Positions 18,027 to 27,228 of a stretch of 53,450 nt of DNA are shown here, piece after piece (position 1 is the first letter of the stretch; every line of letters starts with the position of its first letter). The stretch spans positions 1 to 53,450 of the forward strand of contig JAFGMD010000004.1 in the NCBI GenBank assembly GCA_016927685.1. Direction: 5' to 3'. This DNA comes from Candidatus Falkowbacteria bacterium. GTDB taxonomy: Bacteria > Patescibacteriota > Patescibacteriia > CAIXNZ01. A program made the position numbers and the translations under genes. The notes beneath the pieces were generated by a model. The model ran no database searches and was not told the DNA's origin. It saw only the letters and a list, made by a program, of their open reading frames with translations.

Positions 18027-20210
18027 ATGGATGAGCAAAAAATGAAACAATTTATAGAATCAGGCATTACACCGCTTGGCGTCGCGACATTTAGGAATCG
18101 CGACACTGTTTTTGGCATAAAAAAAGACGACCGTCGCCGCCATGTTTATATTATTGGTAAAACTGGCATGGGCAAAACAACCTTGATTGAAAATATGGTC
18201 TATGCTGATGTCATTTCTGGCCGAGGCGTTTGCTATGTTGACCCGCATGGCGATACTGCAGAAAAAATGCTGTCCTGGATTCCGGCCAGTCGTATTAATG
18301 ATGTGGTTTATTTTAACCCGGCTGATTATGAAAATCCCATATCCTTTAATGTTCTGGAAAAAGTTGATCCGCATTATAGGCATTTGGTTGCCTCTGGCTT
18401 AATCGGAGTTTTTAAAAAACTTTGGGCAGATTCTTGGGGCCCTAGATTGGAATATTTGCTTAGAAATGCCATTTTAGCGCTTTTGGAATATCCTGACAGC
18501 ACTTTGCTGGGTATTAATAGATTGTTAGTTGATAAAGAATATAGAAATAAAGTTATTGCCAAGGTGCAAGACCCAGTTGTACGCCAATTTTGGACAGAGG
18601 AATATACAAAATATGGCGGACAATTCCAAGTAGAAGCAATTGCGCCTATTCAGAACAAAGTCGGCCAATTTTTATCCACTTCTTTGATTAGAAATATTGT
18701 TGGTCAGGTGCAATCTTCAATTGATTTAAGAAAAGTCATGGATGAGGGTAAGATTTTAATATTAAACCTTTCTAAGGGCAGAATCGGAGAGGACGCCTCA
18801 GCATTATTTGGTTCAATGATGGTTACAAAGTTGCAGTTGGCTGCTATGAGCCGTGTGGATATGCCAGAAGAAGAAAGAAAAGATTTTTATTTGTATGTAG
18901 ATGAATTTCAGAATTTTGCCACGGATTCTTTTGCTGATATTTTATCAGAAGCCAGAAAATATCATTTATGTTTAAATATTGCCCATCAGTATGTTGAGCA
19001 GCTTGGCGAAGTAGTGCAACCGGCAGTATTTGGCAATGTGGGTACAATGATAGTTTTTAGAATTGGCGCAGCAGACGCTGAATTTTTAGAAAAGGAATTT
19101 GCGCCGCATATTTTGCCAGAAGATTTAATTAATCTGCCTAAGTTTGAATATTATACAAAATTAATGATTGATGGCGTTTCTTCAGAGCCGTTTTCTGCTC
19201 GCGGTTTGCCGCCTATTTTCAGGGGGTCAATGGGCAATGAGGAAAAAGTAATTAAAGTTTCGCGTGAAAGATATGCTAAACCGCGTGATATTGTGGAAGA
19301 TAAGATAAAAAGGTGGAGCGAAAGTAAGAATGATGAAGTAAGGCCCGCTACTGCTCCTTTTAAAAAAGACGACAGAAGCTCTTTTGGTGCGCCGCAAAAA
19401 TCATATGCGCCCCGACCATCGACCAGTCCAGCTGCCAGACAAGATCAAAACGTGGCCCCCAAAACCGGTTTTTTTGAAGCAGATTGCGCCAATTGCGGCA
19501 AGAAAGTAGAAGTGCCTTTTAAACCAGATAATATAAGGCCAGTTTTTTGCAAAGATTGTTTGAAAAAAGCTAGGCGTGGACAAATTCAGGGCCAGCCCGT
19601 CAAAGAAACAATGGAAGTAAAAGAAATGCCAGTAAAAGAAAAGTCCATCTCCCTGACTGAAATTCCAAAACAAACCAAAGATTTTAAGGGTAGGCAAGTA
19701 CCAAAAAAAGAAGAGGCAGTTAGAATACCTGTGCCAGAAATTATTGAAAAGCCAAGACCAGAAATTAAAAAAGAAGAACCCAAACCTAAACCAGTAATTG
19801 AAATAAAGAAAGAAGAGCCAAAAATAATGGAAAAGGCTTATATTCCTGCGCCTGAAATTATAGAAAAACCAAAACCTATTATTGAGGAAAAAAAAGAAGA
19901 ACCCAAACCAATCATCAAACCATTGCCAGAAATAAAAAAGCCCATTGAAGTTAAAGTTGAAGCGCCTAAGCCAGAAATTAAAAAAGAAATAGAAGTAAAA
20001 GTTGAAAAACCAAAACCAGAGATTAAGAAAGAAGAACCAAAATCAGAGTCAAAATCAATAAAAATCGAGGAGAAAAAGCCAGTGCCAAAGCTTGAAGAGG
20101 TTGAAGAATTGCCTAAGAAAAAAACTGCACCGGCTGTTGATTTTTTAAGGACAGAAGATGAGGAAAATGAAGGGAAAAAGCTCAAAGAAGGCGAAATTAT
20201 TGAGCTATAA
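18027..20210 (+). CDS. VirB4/VirD4(TraG/TraD)-HerA-like ATPase with CxxC-x17-CxxC Zn ribbon and P/E/K-rich tail
   Basis: Start moved to ATG 18027; DRRRHVYIIGKTGMGKT Walker A, YVDPHGD, LYVDEFQN Walker B, SEARKY, HQY; CANCGKKVEVPFKPDNIRPVFCKDC. Confidence 0.88.
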   Translation: MDEQKMKQFIESGITPLGVATFRNRDTVFGIKKDDRRRHVYIIGKTGMGKTTLIENMVYADVISGRGVCYVDPHGDTAEKMLSWIPASRINDVVYFNPADYENPISFNVLEKVDPHYRHLVASGLIGVFKKLWADSWGPRLEYLLRNAILALLEYPDSTLLGINRLLVDKEYRNKVIAKVQDPVVRQFWTEEYTKYGGQFQVEAIAPIQNKVGQFLSTSLIRNIVGQVQSSIDLRKVMDEGKILILNLSKGRIGEDASALFGSMMVTKLQLAAMSRVDMPEEERKDFYLYVDEFQNFATDSFADILSEARKYHLCLNIAHQYVEQLGEVVQPAVFGNVGTMIVFRIGAADAEFLEKEFAPHILPEDLINLPKFEYYTKLMIDGVSSEPFSARGLPPIFRGSMGNEEKVIKVSRERYAKPRDIVEDKIKRWSESKNDEVRPATAPFKKDDRSSFGAPQKSYAPRPSTSPAARQDQNVAPKTGFFEADCANCGKKVEVPFKPDNIRPVFCKDCLKKARRGQIQGQPVKETMEVKEMPVKEKSISLTEIPKQTKDFKGRQVPKKEEAVRIPVPEIIEKPRPEIKKEEPKPKPVIEIKKEEPKIMEKAYIPAPEIIEKPKPIIEEKKEEPKPIIKPLPEIKKPIEVKVEAPKPEIKKEIEVKVEKPKPEIKKEEPKSESKSIKIEEKKPVPKLEEVEELPKKKTAPAVDFLRTEDEENEGKKLKEGEIIEL

Positions 20211-20221
20211 TATTTATTAAC

Positions 20222-20248
20222 AAAAGCCGTCCAATTAGGGCGGTTTTT
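20222..20248 (+). terminator. Intrinsic terminator (AGCCG family)
   Basis: aaaagccgtcc-aatta-gggcggttttt. Confidence 0.75.
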
Positions 20249-20249
20249 G

Positions 20250-20258
20250 TGATATAAT
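20250..20258 (+). promoter_or_regulatory. Extended -10 promoter, probably giving a leaderless rpiB mRNA
   Basis: TGaTATAAT; the ATG lies exactly 7 nt after the end of the -10 hexamer. Confidence 0.6.
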
Positions 20259-20264
20259 AAAGAT

Positions 20265-20717
20265 ATGAAAAAACAAGTGATTTACCTGGGTGCAGATCAC
20301 GCAGGTTTTAAATTAAAAGAGCAAATAAAGAGGTATTTGCTTGGTTTGAATTTTGAGGTAAATGATTTAGGCGCTTATAAATTCAATAAAAATGATGATT
20401 ATCCGGATTTTGGCTTTAAAGTTGCCAAAGCAGTGTCTAAAGACAAAAATTCAATGAGTATATTAATTTGCGGTTCTTCTTTTGGCGTTTGTATTGTGGC
20501 CAATAAAGTTAAGGGAATTCGGGCAGTTTCTATTGATAATATCAGAGACGCAAAATTATCGCGACAACATAATGATGCCAATGTTTTATGCCTTTCTGGC
20601 TGGAATTTAAAATTCAATATGGCAAAAAGGATAATTTTGGTTTGGCTGAAAACAAAATTTAGTAATGACCTAAGACATAAAAGGCGCTTGGCCAAAATAA
20701 AAAACTATGAAAGATAA
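20265..20717 (+). CDS. rpiB: Ribose-5-phosphate isomerase B
   Basis: GADHAGF.LK, DDYPD, ICGS..G..IVANKVKGIRA, SRQHNDANVLCL. Confidence 0.96.
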   Translation: MKKQVIYLGADHAGFKLKEQIKRYLLGLNFEVNDLGAYKFNKNDDYPDFGFKVAKAVSKDKNSMSILICGSSFGVCIVANKVKGIRAVSIDNIRDAKLSRQHNDANVLCLSGWNLKFNMAKRIILVWLKTKFSNDLRHKRRLAKIKNYER

Positions 20718-21345
20718 GCTGATTCCTACAATTTTAGTAAAAAATTTATCTGAATTTGAAGAAAGAGTTAAATTTCTAGAAAAATATTTTTCTTTGGTGC
20801 AAATAGATTGTGCAGATGGGAAGTTTGTAGAAAATAAGACGTTTTATGAGGTTAATAAGATTAATAAAGTTATGGAGGTTAATTTTGAATTGCATTTGAT
20901 GGTTAAATTTCCTTTATTAGAAATAAATAAATGGTTAAATAATAAAAGATTAAAAAGTATTATTTTTCATTATGAAGCTGTAAATGATTCCGGAGGTATC
21001 TTAAATATAATCAACTATTTGCATAAGAAAAAAATAAAAGCTGGTTTGGCCATAAATCCCAGCACTAAAGTTGAAAAAGTAAAAGAATTTTTACCTTATC
21101 TAGACGAATTATTAGTATTAGGGGTAAATCCTGGCTGGGGCGGTAAAAAATTTATGCCTAGTGTTTTGCAGAAAATTAAAAAGTTAAGAAAATTGGACAA
21201 GAAAATAAATATTGGCGTGGATGGGGGAGTGAATTTGCAAAATGCTAAACAAATTGTCAAAGCGGGCGCTAATGTATTATATGCTGGAAAATTTTTATCT
21301 GATTTAAATAATATTAAAAAATTAAAGACGAATTTAGGAATTTAA
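20707..21345 (+). CDS. rpe: Ribulose-phosphate 3-epimerase
   Basis: QIDCADGKFV.N, ELHLMV, FHYE, GVNPGWGG, VDGGV. Confidence 0.93.
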   Translation: MKDKLIPTILVKNLSEFEERVKFLEKYFSLVQIDCADGKFVENKTFYEVNKINKVMEVNFELHLMVKFPLLEINKWLNNKRLKSIIFHYEAVNDSGGILNIINYLHKKKIKAGLAINPSTKVEKVKEFLPYLDELLVLGVNPGWGGKKFMPSVLQKIKKLRKLDKKINIGVDGGVNLQNAKQIVKAGANVLYAGKFLSDLNNIKKLKTNLGI

Positions 21346-21361
21346 TGATTTATTTATTAGC

Positions 21362-22534
21362 ATGAAAATAGCTTTTATACATTCCGAAAAAAAAATAACT
21401 ACTGGCGCACACTACATAAATGATTTAATCGCTACAAAACTTAAAGAGAAAAAAATTAAAGTAAAAGATTTTTATCCGAAAGCACCCTTGATGGATTCAC
21501 CTCGGCATTTGAAGGGCTTAAAAAATATATTATTTTTCTACTCTTTGCTTGAAAATAAAGATGACATTTTGAAATGTGATTTGATACAAGGTACAACCTA
21601 TACGCCATTGACATTTATACCATTTAATATTCCTATTATTTCGCATTTTGGTTCAACCACAATCGGTTTTTTAAAATCAACACCGCTTACTCACCAACTA
21701 GAGAAAGAAACAAGGAATATTTATTATCGCCTAAAAAAAGAAAAAGTGCTTGATGAAATAAATATCAGGACAAGAAGGCCCCTGCGCGATATTTGGGAGA
21801 TTGAAAAATATGTGGCTTCTAAGGCCGATGCTGTCATCGCTACCTCTCAAAAAGTCAAGCAGGAATTAATGGAGAATGGAATACCCGAAAATAATATTGA
21901 AATAATTCATAACGCAATAGAGGATTACTGGTATGATAATCCGTCAAAAGAAATTTGCGAAAAACCCAAACTTGTTTTTATTGGCCGTTTAGGTGGAGAT
22001 GCTTTTAATCTGAAATTAAAAGGATTTGATAGATTAATTCATCTTTATAATCAAAATAAGGATATTCCAAAAGTTACTATTGCTATTACTAATAGCAAAA
22101 AATTAGTCCAATGGCTAACAGAAAAAATACCTAATCATGAATTATATGCCAATATTAAAAAGCATAAAATTCCGGACATATTAAGGCCATTAAAAGCCAG
22201 CATAGTATTTATTCCATCAAGATACGAAGGTTTTTCCCTAAGCTTAATAGAAGCTATGTCACAAGGATTAATTCCAGTCATTTATCCGGTTGGCGTGGCC
22301 CCGGAAATAATTGAAAATGGTGTTAATGGTTATATTGTTGAAAATCAAAACGATGCGCAAAAAATTATCAGCGAGTTATTTAAAGATCCTAAAAAGCGGG
22401 CAGAGCTTTCTGAAAATGCCTATAAAACATCCTTAAAATTTAAATCAGACTCGATGATTGAAAAATTAATAGCACTTTACGAGAAAGTATTAAAAGAAAA
22501 AACGGAAAACAAAAATATTATTAATAATAATTAA
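21362..22534 (+). CDS. Glycosyltransferase family 4
   Basis: FIGRL, LKGFD, PSRYEGFSLSLIEAMSQG, NGVNGYIV. Confidence 0.88.
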   Translation: MKIAFIHSEKKITTGAHYINDLIATKLKEKKIKVKDFYPKAPLMDSPRHLKGLKNILFFYSLLENKDDILKCDLIQGTTYTPLTFIPFNIPIISHFGSTTIGFLKSTPLTHQLEKETRNIYYRLKKEKVLDEINIRTRRPLRDIWEIEKYVASKADAVIATSQKVKQELMENGIPENNIEIIHNAIEDYWYDNPSKEICEKPKLVFIGRLGGDAFNLKLKGFDRLIHLYNQNKDIPKVTIAITNSKKLVQWLTEKIPNHELYANIKKHKIPDILRPLKASIVFIPSRYEGFSLSLIEAMSQGLIPVIYPVGVAPEIIENGVNGYIVENQNDAQKIISELFKDPKKRAELSENAYKTSLKFKSDSMIEKLIALYEKVLKEKTENKNIINNN

Positions 22535-22542
22535 TTTAATAT

Positions 22543-22755
22543 ATGAAAAACATTAATTACAATTTGATAAAAATGCTGCACACCAAGCTTGATGATTTAT
22601 GGAGAATTGAAAAGTATTATTTGCGTGATGCGCAGAAAGCCAAATCAAAAAGTTGTGTAAAAATGTTCAAGGTAATGCAGGGCGATCTAAAAAAGCATAT
22701 TGAAATGCTTACTAAAGAGCTTGAAAGACACATCAAGAATAAGCAGTTTAAATAA
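22543..22755 (+). CDS. Small two-helix ferritin-like protein
   Basis: LDDLWRIEKYYLRDA...HIEML pattern of a half four-helix bundle. Confidence 0.55.
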   Translation: MKNINYNLIKMLHTKLDDLWRIEKYYLRDAQKAKSKSCVKMFKVMQGDLKKHIEMLTKELERHIKNKQFK

Positions 22756-23582
22756 TGAAAAAACAAAATATTGAACAATTAAAGCGAACTGCCAATATTT
22801 TGCGGCAAAATGTGATTAAAATGTTGGCCAAAGCCGGATCAGGGCATTCAGCCGGTTCTTTAGGTATGGCAGATATTTTTAGTGCGCTTTATTTTAATAT
22901 TTTGAATCACAATCCCAAAAAACCGCTTTGGGATAAGCGCGATCGTTTAATTTTGTCTTGTGGCCATATTGTACCAATTCGTTATGCGGCCATGGCCGAA
23001 AGCGGTTATTTTCCTGTTTCTAAATTAATGACTTTGCGTAAATTGGGTTCGCCCTTGCAAGGCCATCCTTCTTTTATTGATATGCCGGCCCTAGAATGTT
23101 CATCTGGTCCGTTAGGTCAAGGAGTTTCGGTTGCGGTCGGTAAAGCTTTGGCTGCCAAAATGAATAAGCAAAAACATTTTGTTTATTGTATTACTAGTGA
23201 TGGTGAGCATGATGAGGGACAAACTTGGGAGGCGGTTATGTGTGCAGCCAAATACAAACTAGATAATTTAATTTTTATTTTAGATCGCAACATGATTCAG
23301 ATTGACGGTTTTACTGAAGATATAATGCCCCTGACGCATTTGCATGAAAAATATTTGGCATTCAAGTGGCATGTTCAGCAAATCGATGGTAATAATATGC
23401 AGGAGATTTTGACAGCGATTAATAAAGCCAAGAAAATAAAAGGTAAACCAAAAATAATTATAGCGCACACTGTTCCGGGCAAGGGTGTTAAGTTTATGGA
23501 AAATAAATGGGAGTGGCATGGGCGGGCCCCCTCACTAGAAGAAGCACAGAAAGCCTTAAAGCAATTAGCAAATAGCATGTAG
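22755..23582 (+). CDS. Transketolase, N-terminal (TPP-binding) subunit
   Basis: SGHSAGSL, RDRLILSCGH, LQGHP, SSGPLGQG, SDGEHDEG, HTVPGKG, WHG. Confidence 0.96.
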   Translation: MKKQNIEQLKRTANILRQNVIKMLAKAGSGHSAGSLGMADIFSALYFNILNHNPKKPLWDKRDRLILSCGHIVPIRYAAMAESGYFPVSKLMTLRKLGSPLQGHPSFIDMPALECSSGPLGQGVSVAVGKALAAKMNKQKHFVYCITSDGEHDEGQTWEAVMCAAKYKLDNLIFILDRNMIQIDGFTEDIMPLTHLHEKYLAFKWHVQQIDGNNMQEILTAINKAKKIKGKPKIIIAHTVPGKGVKFMENKWEWHGRAPSLEEAQKALKQLANSM

Positions 23583-23585
23583 CTT

Positions 23586-24533
23586 ATGGCAAATAGTTTA
23601 GAAAAATTAGAATACAAAGCTTGTCGCGATGGTTATGGGGGAGCGCTTTTGGAGTTGGGCAAGAAAAATAAAAATGTGGTTGTTTTGTGCGCTGATTTGG
23701 AAGAATCGACCAGAACTATTGATTTTGCCAAAAAATACCCTAAGCGTTTTGTGGAAGTTGGCGTGGCAGAACAAAATATGATTGGCATTGGCGCGGGTTT
23801 GGCTTTGGAAGGGAAGATTACATTTTGTTCTTCGTTTGCTGTTTTTTCTCCAGGCCGTAATTGGGAACAGATTAGAATTTCAGTTTGCTATAATAACGCT
23901 AATGTAAAAATCGTTAGTTCTCATGCCGGTTTAAATGTTGGCGAAGATGGAGCCACTCATCAGGCCCTGGAAGATTTGGCTACAATGCGAGTTATTCCCA
24001 ATATGACTGTGATCGCCCCTTGTGATTATTTGGAAGCAAAAAAAGCAGTTATGGCTGCTGCCAAATACAAAGGCCCAGTTTATATTCGCTTTGGCCGTGA
24101 AAAAACTCCAGTTATAACTTTAAAAAATACACCATTTAAAATTGGAAAAGCGCAAATATTAAGACAGGGGAAAGATGTGACCATTATTGCCTGCGGACTA
24201 ATGGTTTATGAGGCGCTTAAAGCCGCAGAAGAATTGGCTACAAAGAAAATCAGCGCAGAAGTTATAAATTGCCATACAATTAAGCCAATTGATAAAAATA
24301 CAATAATCAGGTCTGCGAAAAAAACCAAAAGAGTCGTGACCATCGAAGAGCACGAGGTTAATGGTGGGTTAGGCAGTGCAGTGGCCGAAGTTTTGGTTCA
24401 AAATTATCCAGTTAAAATGGAAATTATTGGGGTGCCCGATAAATTCGGTGAGTCGGGGACAGCGAAACAGCTTTTAGATAAATATGGTTTAAATGCGAAT
24501 AGTATTATTAAAAGTGTTAAAAAATTATTATAA
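23586..24533 (+). CDS. Transketolase, C-terminal subunit
   Basis: ADL..ST, VGVAEQNM, GEDGATHQALED, YIRFGR, IEEH...GGLG. Confidence 0.96.
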   Translation: MANSLEKLEYKACRDGYGGALLELGKKNKNVVVLCADLEESTRTIDFAKKYPKRFVEVGVAEQNMIGIGAGLALEGKITFCSSFAVFSPGRNWEQIRISVCYNNANVKIVSSHAGLNVGEDGATHQALEDLATMRVIPNMTVIAPCDYLEAKKAVMAAAKYKGPVYIRFGREKTPVITLKNTPFKIGKAQILRQGKDVTIIACGLMVYEALKAAEELATKKISAEVINCHTIKPIDKNTIIRSAKKTKRVVTIEEHEVNGGLGSAVAEVLVQNYPVKMEIIGVPDKFGESGTAKQLLDKYGLNANSIIKSVKKLL

Positions 24534-24622
24534 TTAAATTACTAATGCTACGAATTGGTTGTTAATTTATAAATAAGTCCTCTTAAAATTAGTAGATTAG
24601 TAATTGATTAGTATATTTGTAA
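24533..24622. repeat. ACTAAT/ATTAGT-type intergenic repeat element
   Basis: tactaatgctacgaat arm against attagtagattagtaattgattagta arm. Confidence 0.5.
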
Positions 24623-24626
24623 TAAT

Positions 24627-25529
24627 ATGAAAAATCCAAAACAACTTTATTTTTTGCCATTTGACCATCGCGCAACTTTTATAAAGAATTTGCTTGGTTT
24701 TGAAGGTAAATTTTCAGCTATCCAGAAAAACAAAGTTAAAGAGATGAAAAATTTAATCTGGCAGGGCTTTTTAAAAGTTTGGGCAAAGAGGAATGATAAA
24801 AAGCCACTGGCAGTTTTGGCTGATGAAGAATTCGGTAATAAAATTTTGCGCCAGGCCAAAGTCATTGGCGCTGTTATTGCTGTGACAGTGGAAAAGAGCG
24901 GTCAAGAAGTATTTGATTTTGAGTATGGCAAGCAATTTGGCCAGCACATCACCAAATACAAGCCAGATTATGCCAAGATTTTAATTCGTTATAATCCAGC
25001 CAATAAAAAAGAAAATGCTATCCAGAGAAAGCGCTTGAAAATCATTAATAATTTTTGTAAAGAAAAGAATATTGGCTTTTTATTAGAGCTCTTAGTGCCA
25101 GCGACCAAAACGCAACTGAAAAATTATAGAAACAAAGATAGATATGATATTAAGCTTAGGCCAATTTTGACCCGAAAAGCCATTTATGAATTGCGTAAGG
25201 CCAAGATTGAACCAGATATTTGGAAACTGGAAGCCATGCCCGTTGGCATTGATTGGAAAAAGTTAATTGCCACCATTAAAGCTAAAAATAAAAAAGATGC
25301 CAAAATTATTGTCTTAGGTCGGGCTGGCTCAAGAAGTTTGGTAAGTTATTGGCTGAAAGTGGCAGCGCCTTTTGAAGACATCATTGGTTTTGCTGTGGGT
25401 AGAACAATTTTTTTCCCACCCTTGCAGAAATTTTTGAAAAAAGAATTGACCAAAAAGCAGACAGTAGATTTAATCGCCAAAAATTTTGAATACTTTATTG
25501 ACTTATGGGTAAAGAATATTAAAAAATAA
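24627..25529 (+). CDS. IolC-associated DUF2090 / LacD-like class I aldolase
   Basis: LPFDHR, VEKSGQ..F.FEYG, AKIL.RYNP, LLELLVP, PDIWKLE (Schiff-base Lys), GFAVGRTIF. Confidence 0.8.
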   Translation: MKNPKQLYFLPFDHRATFIKNLLGFEGKFSAIQKNKVKEMKNLIWQGFLKVWAKRNDKKPLAVLADEEFGNKILRQAKVIGAVIAVTVEKSGQEVFDFEYGKQFGQHITKYKPDYAKILIRYNPANKKENAIQRKRLKIINNFCKEKNIGFLLELLVPATKTQLKNYRNKDRYDIKLRPILTRKAIYELRKAKIEPDIWKLEAMPVGIDWKKLIATIKAKNKKDAKIIVLGRAGSRSLVSYWLKVAAPFEDIIGFAVGRTIFFPPLQKFLKKELTKKQTVDLIAKNFEYFIDLWVKNIKK

Positions 25530-25538
25530 TTTAATCAT

Positions 25539-26186
25539 ATGAAACAAATAAAATTAGTAATTTTCTTTCTATTGATAATATTTTTTATTACCGGTTGCAA
25601 TTCTGGCGCTAATAAAGTTTATTGCTATAATAAAAGCGGTGATAAAAAAATGAGCCTTGATGAAGCAATCAATATTGCTAAGCAAAGTGAATGCGCTAAT
25701 GACCCACAAGGATTTGCAGTTTTAGATATTGAGAATAATCAATGCCAACAGCTCGCCAATAGATGGATTTTAACCATAAAAGATAAACGAAATTTATGTA
25801 GCGTATACTGTTATGTCGATATTGAAACTAAAAAAGCAAGCCTGGAATGGAGGTGTATGGGCTGGGAACCCTGGGCGGCAGATACAAGCAATCTCAAACC
25901 TGCGAATAAAATACTTAGAGACCCAGTTACTATTGAGATATTAATAACCAATACAGGTTTTGAATCACAGGGATTTGATAGAAGAGTTGGAGATACGATT
26001 AAATGGATAAATCAAGATACGGTCCCACATAAGATTATTGTTGAAGGGACGGGTGGCTTTGTTAGTCCAATACTTAATCACAATGAAAGTTATAGTCATA
26101 TTTTCACTGAAAGTGGGCATTATAGTTATTACTGTTCTGATCGTCCATCTATAGTTCCAATATTAATAATTAACGAAGCAATTTAA
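25539..26186 (+). CDS. Putative lipoprotein: Cys-rich domain plus degenerate cupredoxin-like domain
   Basis: Lipobox ITG|C; CSVYCYVD..SLEWRCMG; GDTIKWIN.D..PH..YSHIF..G.Y.YYC. Confidence 0.65.
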   Translation: MKQIKLVIFFLLIIFFITGCNSGANKVYCYNKSGDKKMSLDEAINIAKQSECANDPQGFAVLDIENNQCQQLANRWILTIKDKRNLCSVYCYVDIETKKASLEWRCMGWEPWAADTSNLKPANKILRDPVTIEILITNTGFESQGFDRRVGDTIKWINQDTVPHKIIVEGTGGFVSPILNHNESYSHIFTESGHYSYYCSDRPSIVPILIINEAI

Positions 26187-26199
26187 TTTTTTAAAATAT

Positions 26200-27174
26200 A
26201 TGTTTGACATTATTTCCATCGGAGCGGCTACAAAGGATGTCTTTTTAATTTCTAAAGGTTTTAAATTGGTTAAGACACAGCAATTCAAGGGCGGCCTGGG
26301 CGAATGCTTTGCTTATGGCTCGAAAGTGGAAATTGGCGATATATATTTTGACACTGGCGGGGGAGCCACAAATTCTGCCTATACCTTTGCTAATCTGGGG
26401 TTAAATGCCTCGATTGTATCAAAAGTTGGCAATGATATTTATGGCACAGAAATTATGCATGTTTTGGCCCATAAAGGCGTTGATACCCGCAATTTAAACC
26501 CTGATAAAACGCATAAAACGGCTTATTCCACGATTTTAGTGGTGAGCGGGGGTGATCGTACTATTTTGGTCTATCGAGGCGCTAGCGCCAATTTTAATGA
26601 ACAGGACTTTAATTGGTCTAAATTGCAAGCAAAATGGTTTTATATCTCATCTTTGGCCGGCAATATTAGTTTGTTAAAGAAAATTTTTGCTTTTGCTAAG
26701 AAAAAGAAGATCAAAATTGCCTGGAACCCTGGCAGTGAAGAATTGAAGTTGGGCGCTAGCAAATTAAAAACGCTTATTAAAGATGCTTATGTTTTTAATT
26801 TAAATAAAGAAGAGGCGCAAAAATTAACTGGCAAAAAAGATATTAAAAGCATTTTGAAAGCTATTGATAAAATGAGTCCTGGCTATAATATTGTGACTGA
26901 TGGCGCTAATGGCGCTTATCTTTCAGATGGTATTTTGATTTATCACGCTAATGCGCTCAAGGTTCCTGTTGTAAATACAACTGGCGCTGGTGATGCTTTT
27001 GGCTCCGGCTTCTGCGCGGGCATGATTTTAAAAAATGACTGGGACTATGGCTTGCGCTTGGCTATTTTGAATTCAGCAGGCACTTTGACGGCCATGGGTG
27101 CAAAAAATGGTTTATTAAAGAAAATCCCCAAGACCGAAGATTTGGATAAAGTTAAAATACAAATAATCAGATAA
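26200..27174 (+). CDS. PfkB-family carbohydrate kinase
   Basis: TGGGATNSA, KVGND.YG, NKEEA, VTDGANGA, VNTTGAGDAFGSG. Confidence 0.93.
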   Translation: MFDIISIGAATKDVFLISKGFKLVKTQQFKGGLGECFAYGSKVEIGDIYFDTGGGATNSAYTFANLGLNASIVSKVGNDIYGTEIMHVLAHKGVDTRNLNPDKTHKTAYSTILVVSGGDRTILVYRGASANFNEQDFNWSKLQAKWFYISSLAGNISLLKKIFAFAKKKKIKIAWNPGSEELKLGASKLKTLIKDAYVFNLNKEEAQKLTGKKDIKSILKAIDKMSPGYNIVTDGANGAYLSDGILIYHANALKVPVVNTTGAGDAFGSGFCAGMILKNDWDYGLRLAILNSAGTLTAMGAKNGLLKKIPKTEDLDKVKIQIIR

Positions 27175-27175
27175 T

Positions 27176-27219
27176 TTGACAAATAGCAGCTCTTGACCTA
27201 AGATTCAAAAAAAAGGAGG
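27176..27219 (+). promoter_or_regulatory. Promoter and SD of the 27229 orphan
   Basis: TTGACA-N17-TAAGAT; AGGAGG at 27214-27219. Confidence 0.7.
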
Positions 27220-27228
27220 TACTTTAAA

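Noticed and set aside
16322-20210. Integrative conjugative element
   Set aside because: No relaxase, integrase, att repeats or other T4SS subunits; composition and SD-less starts match core genes.
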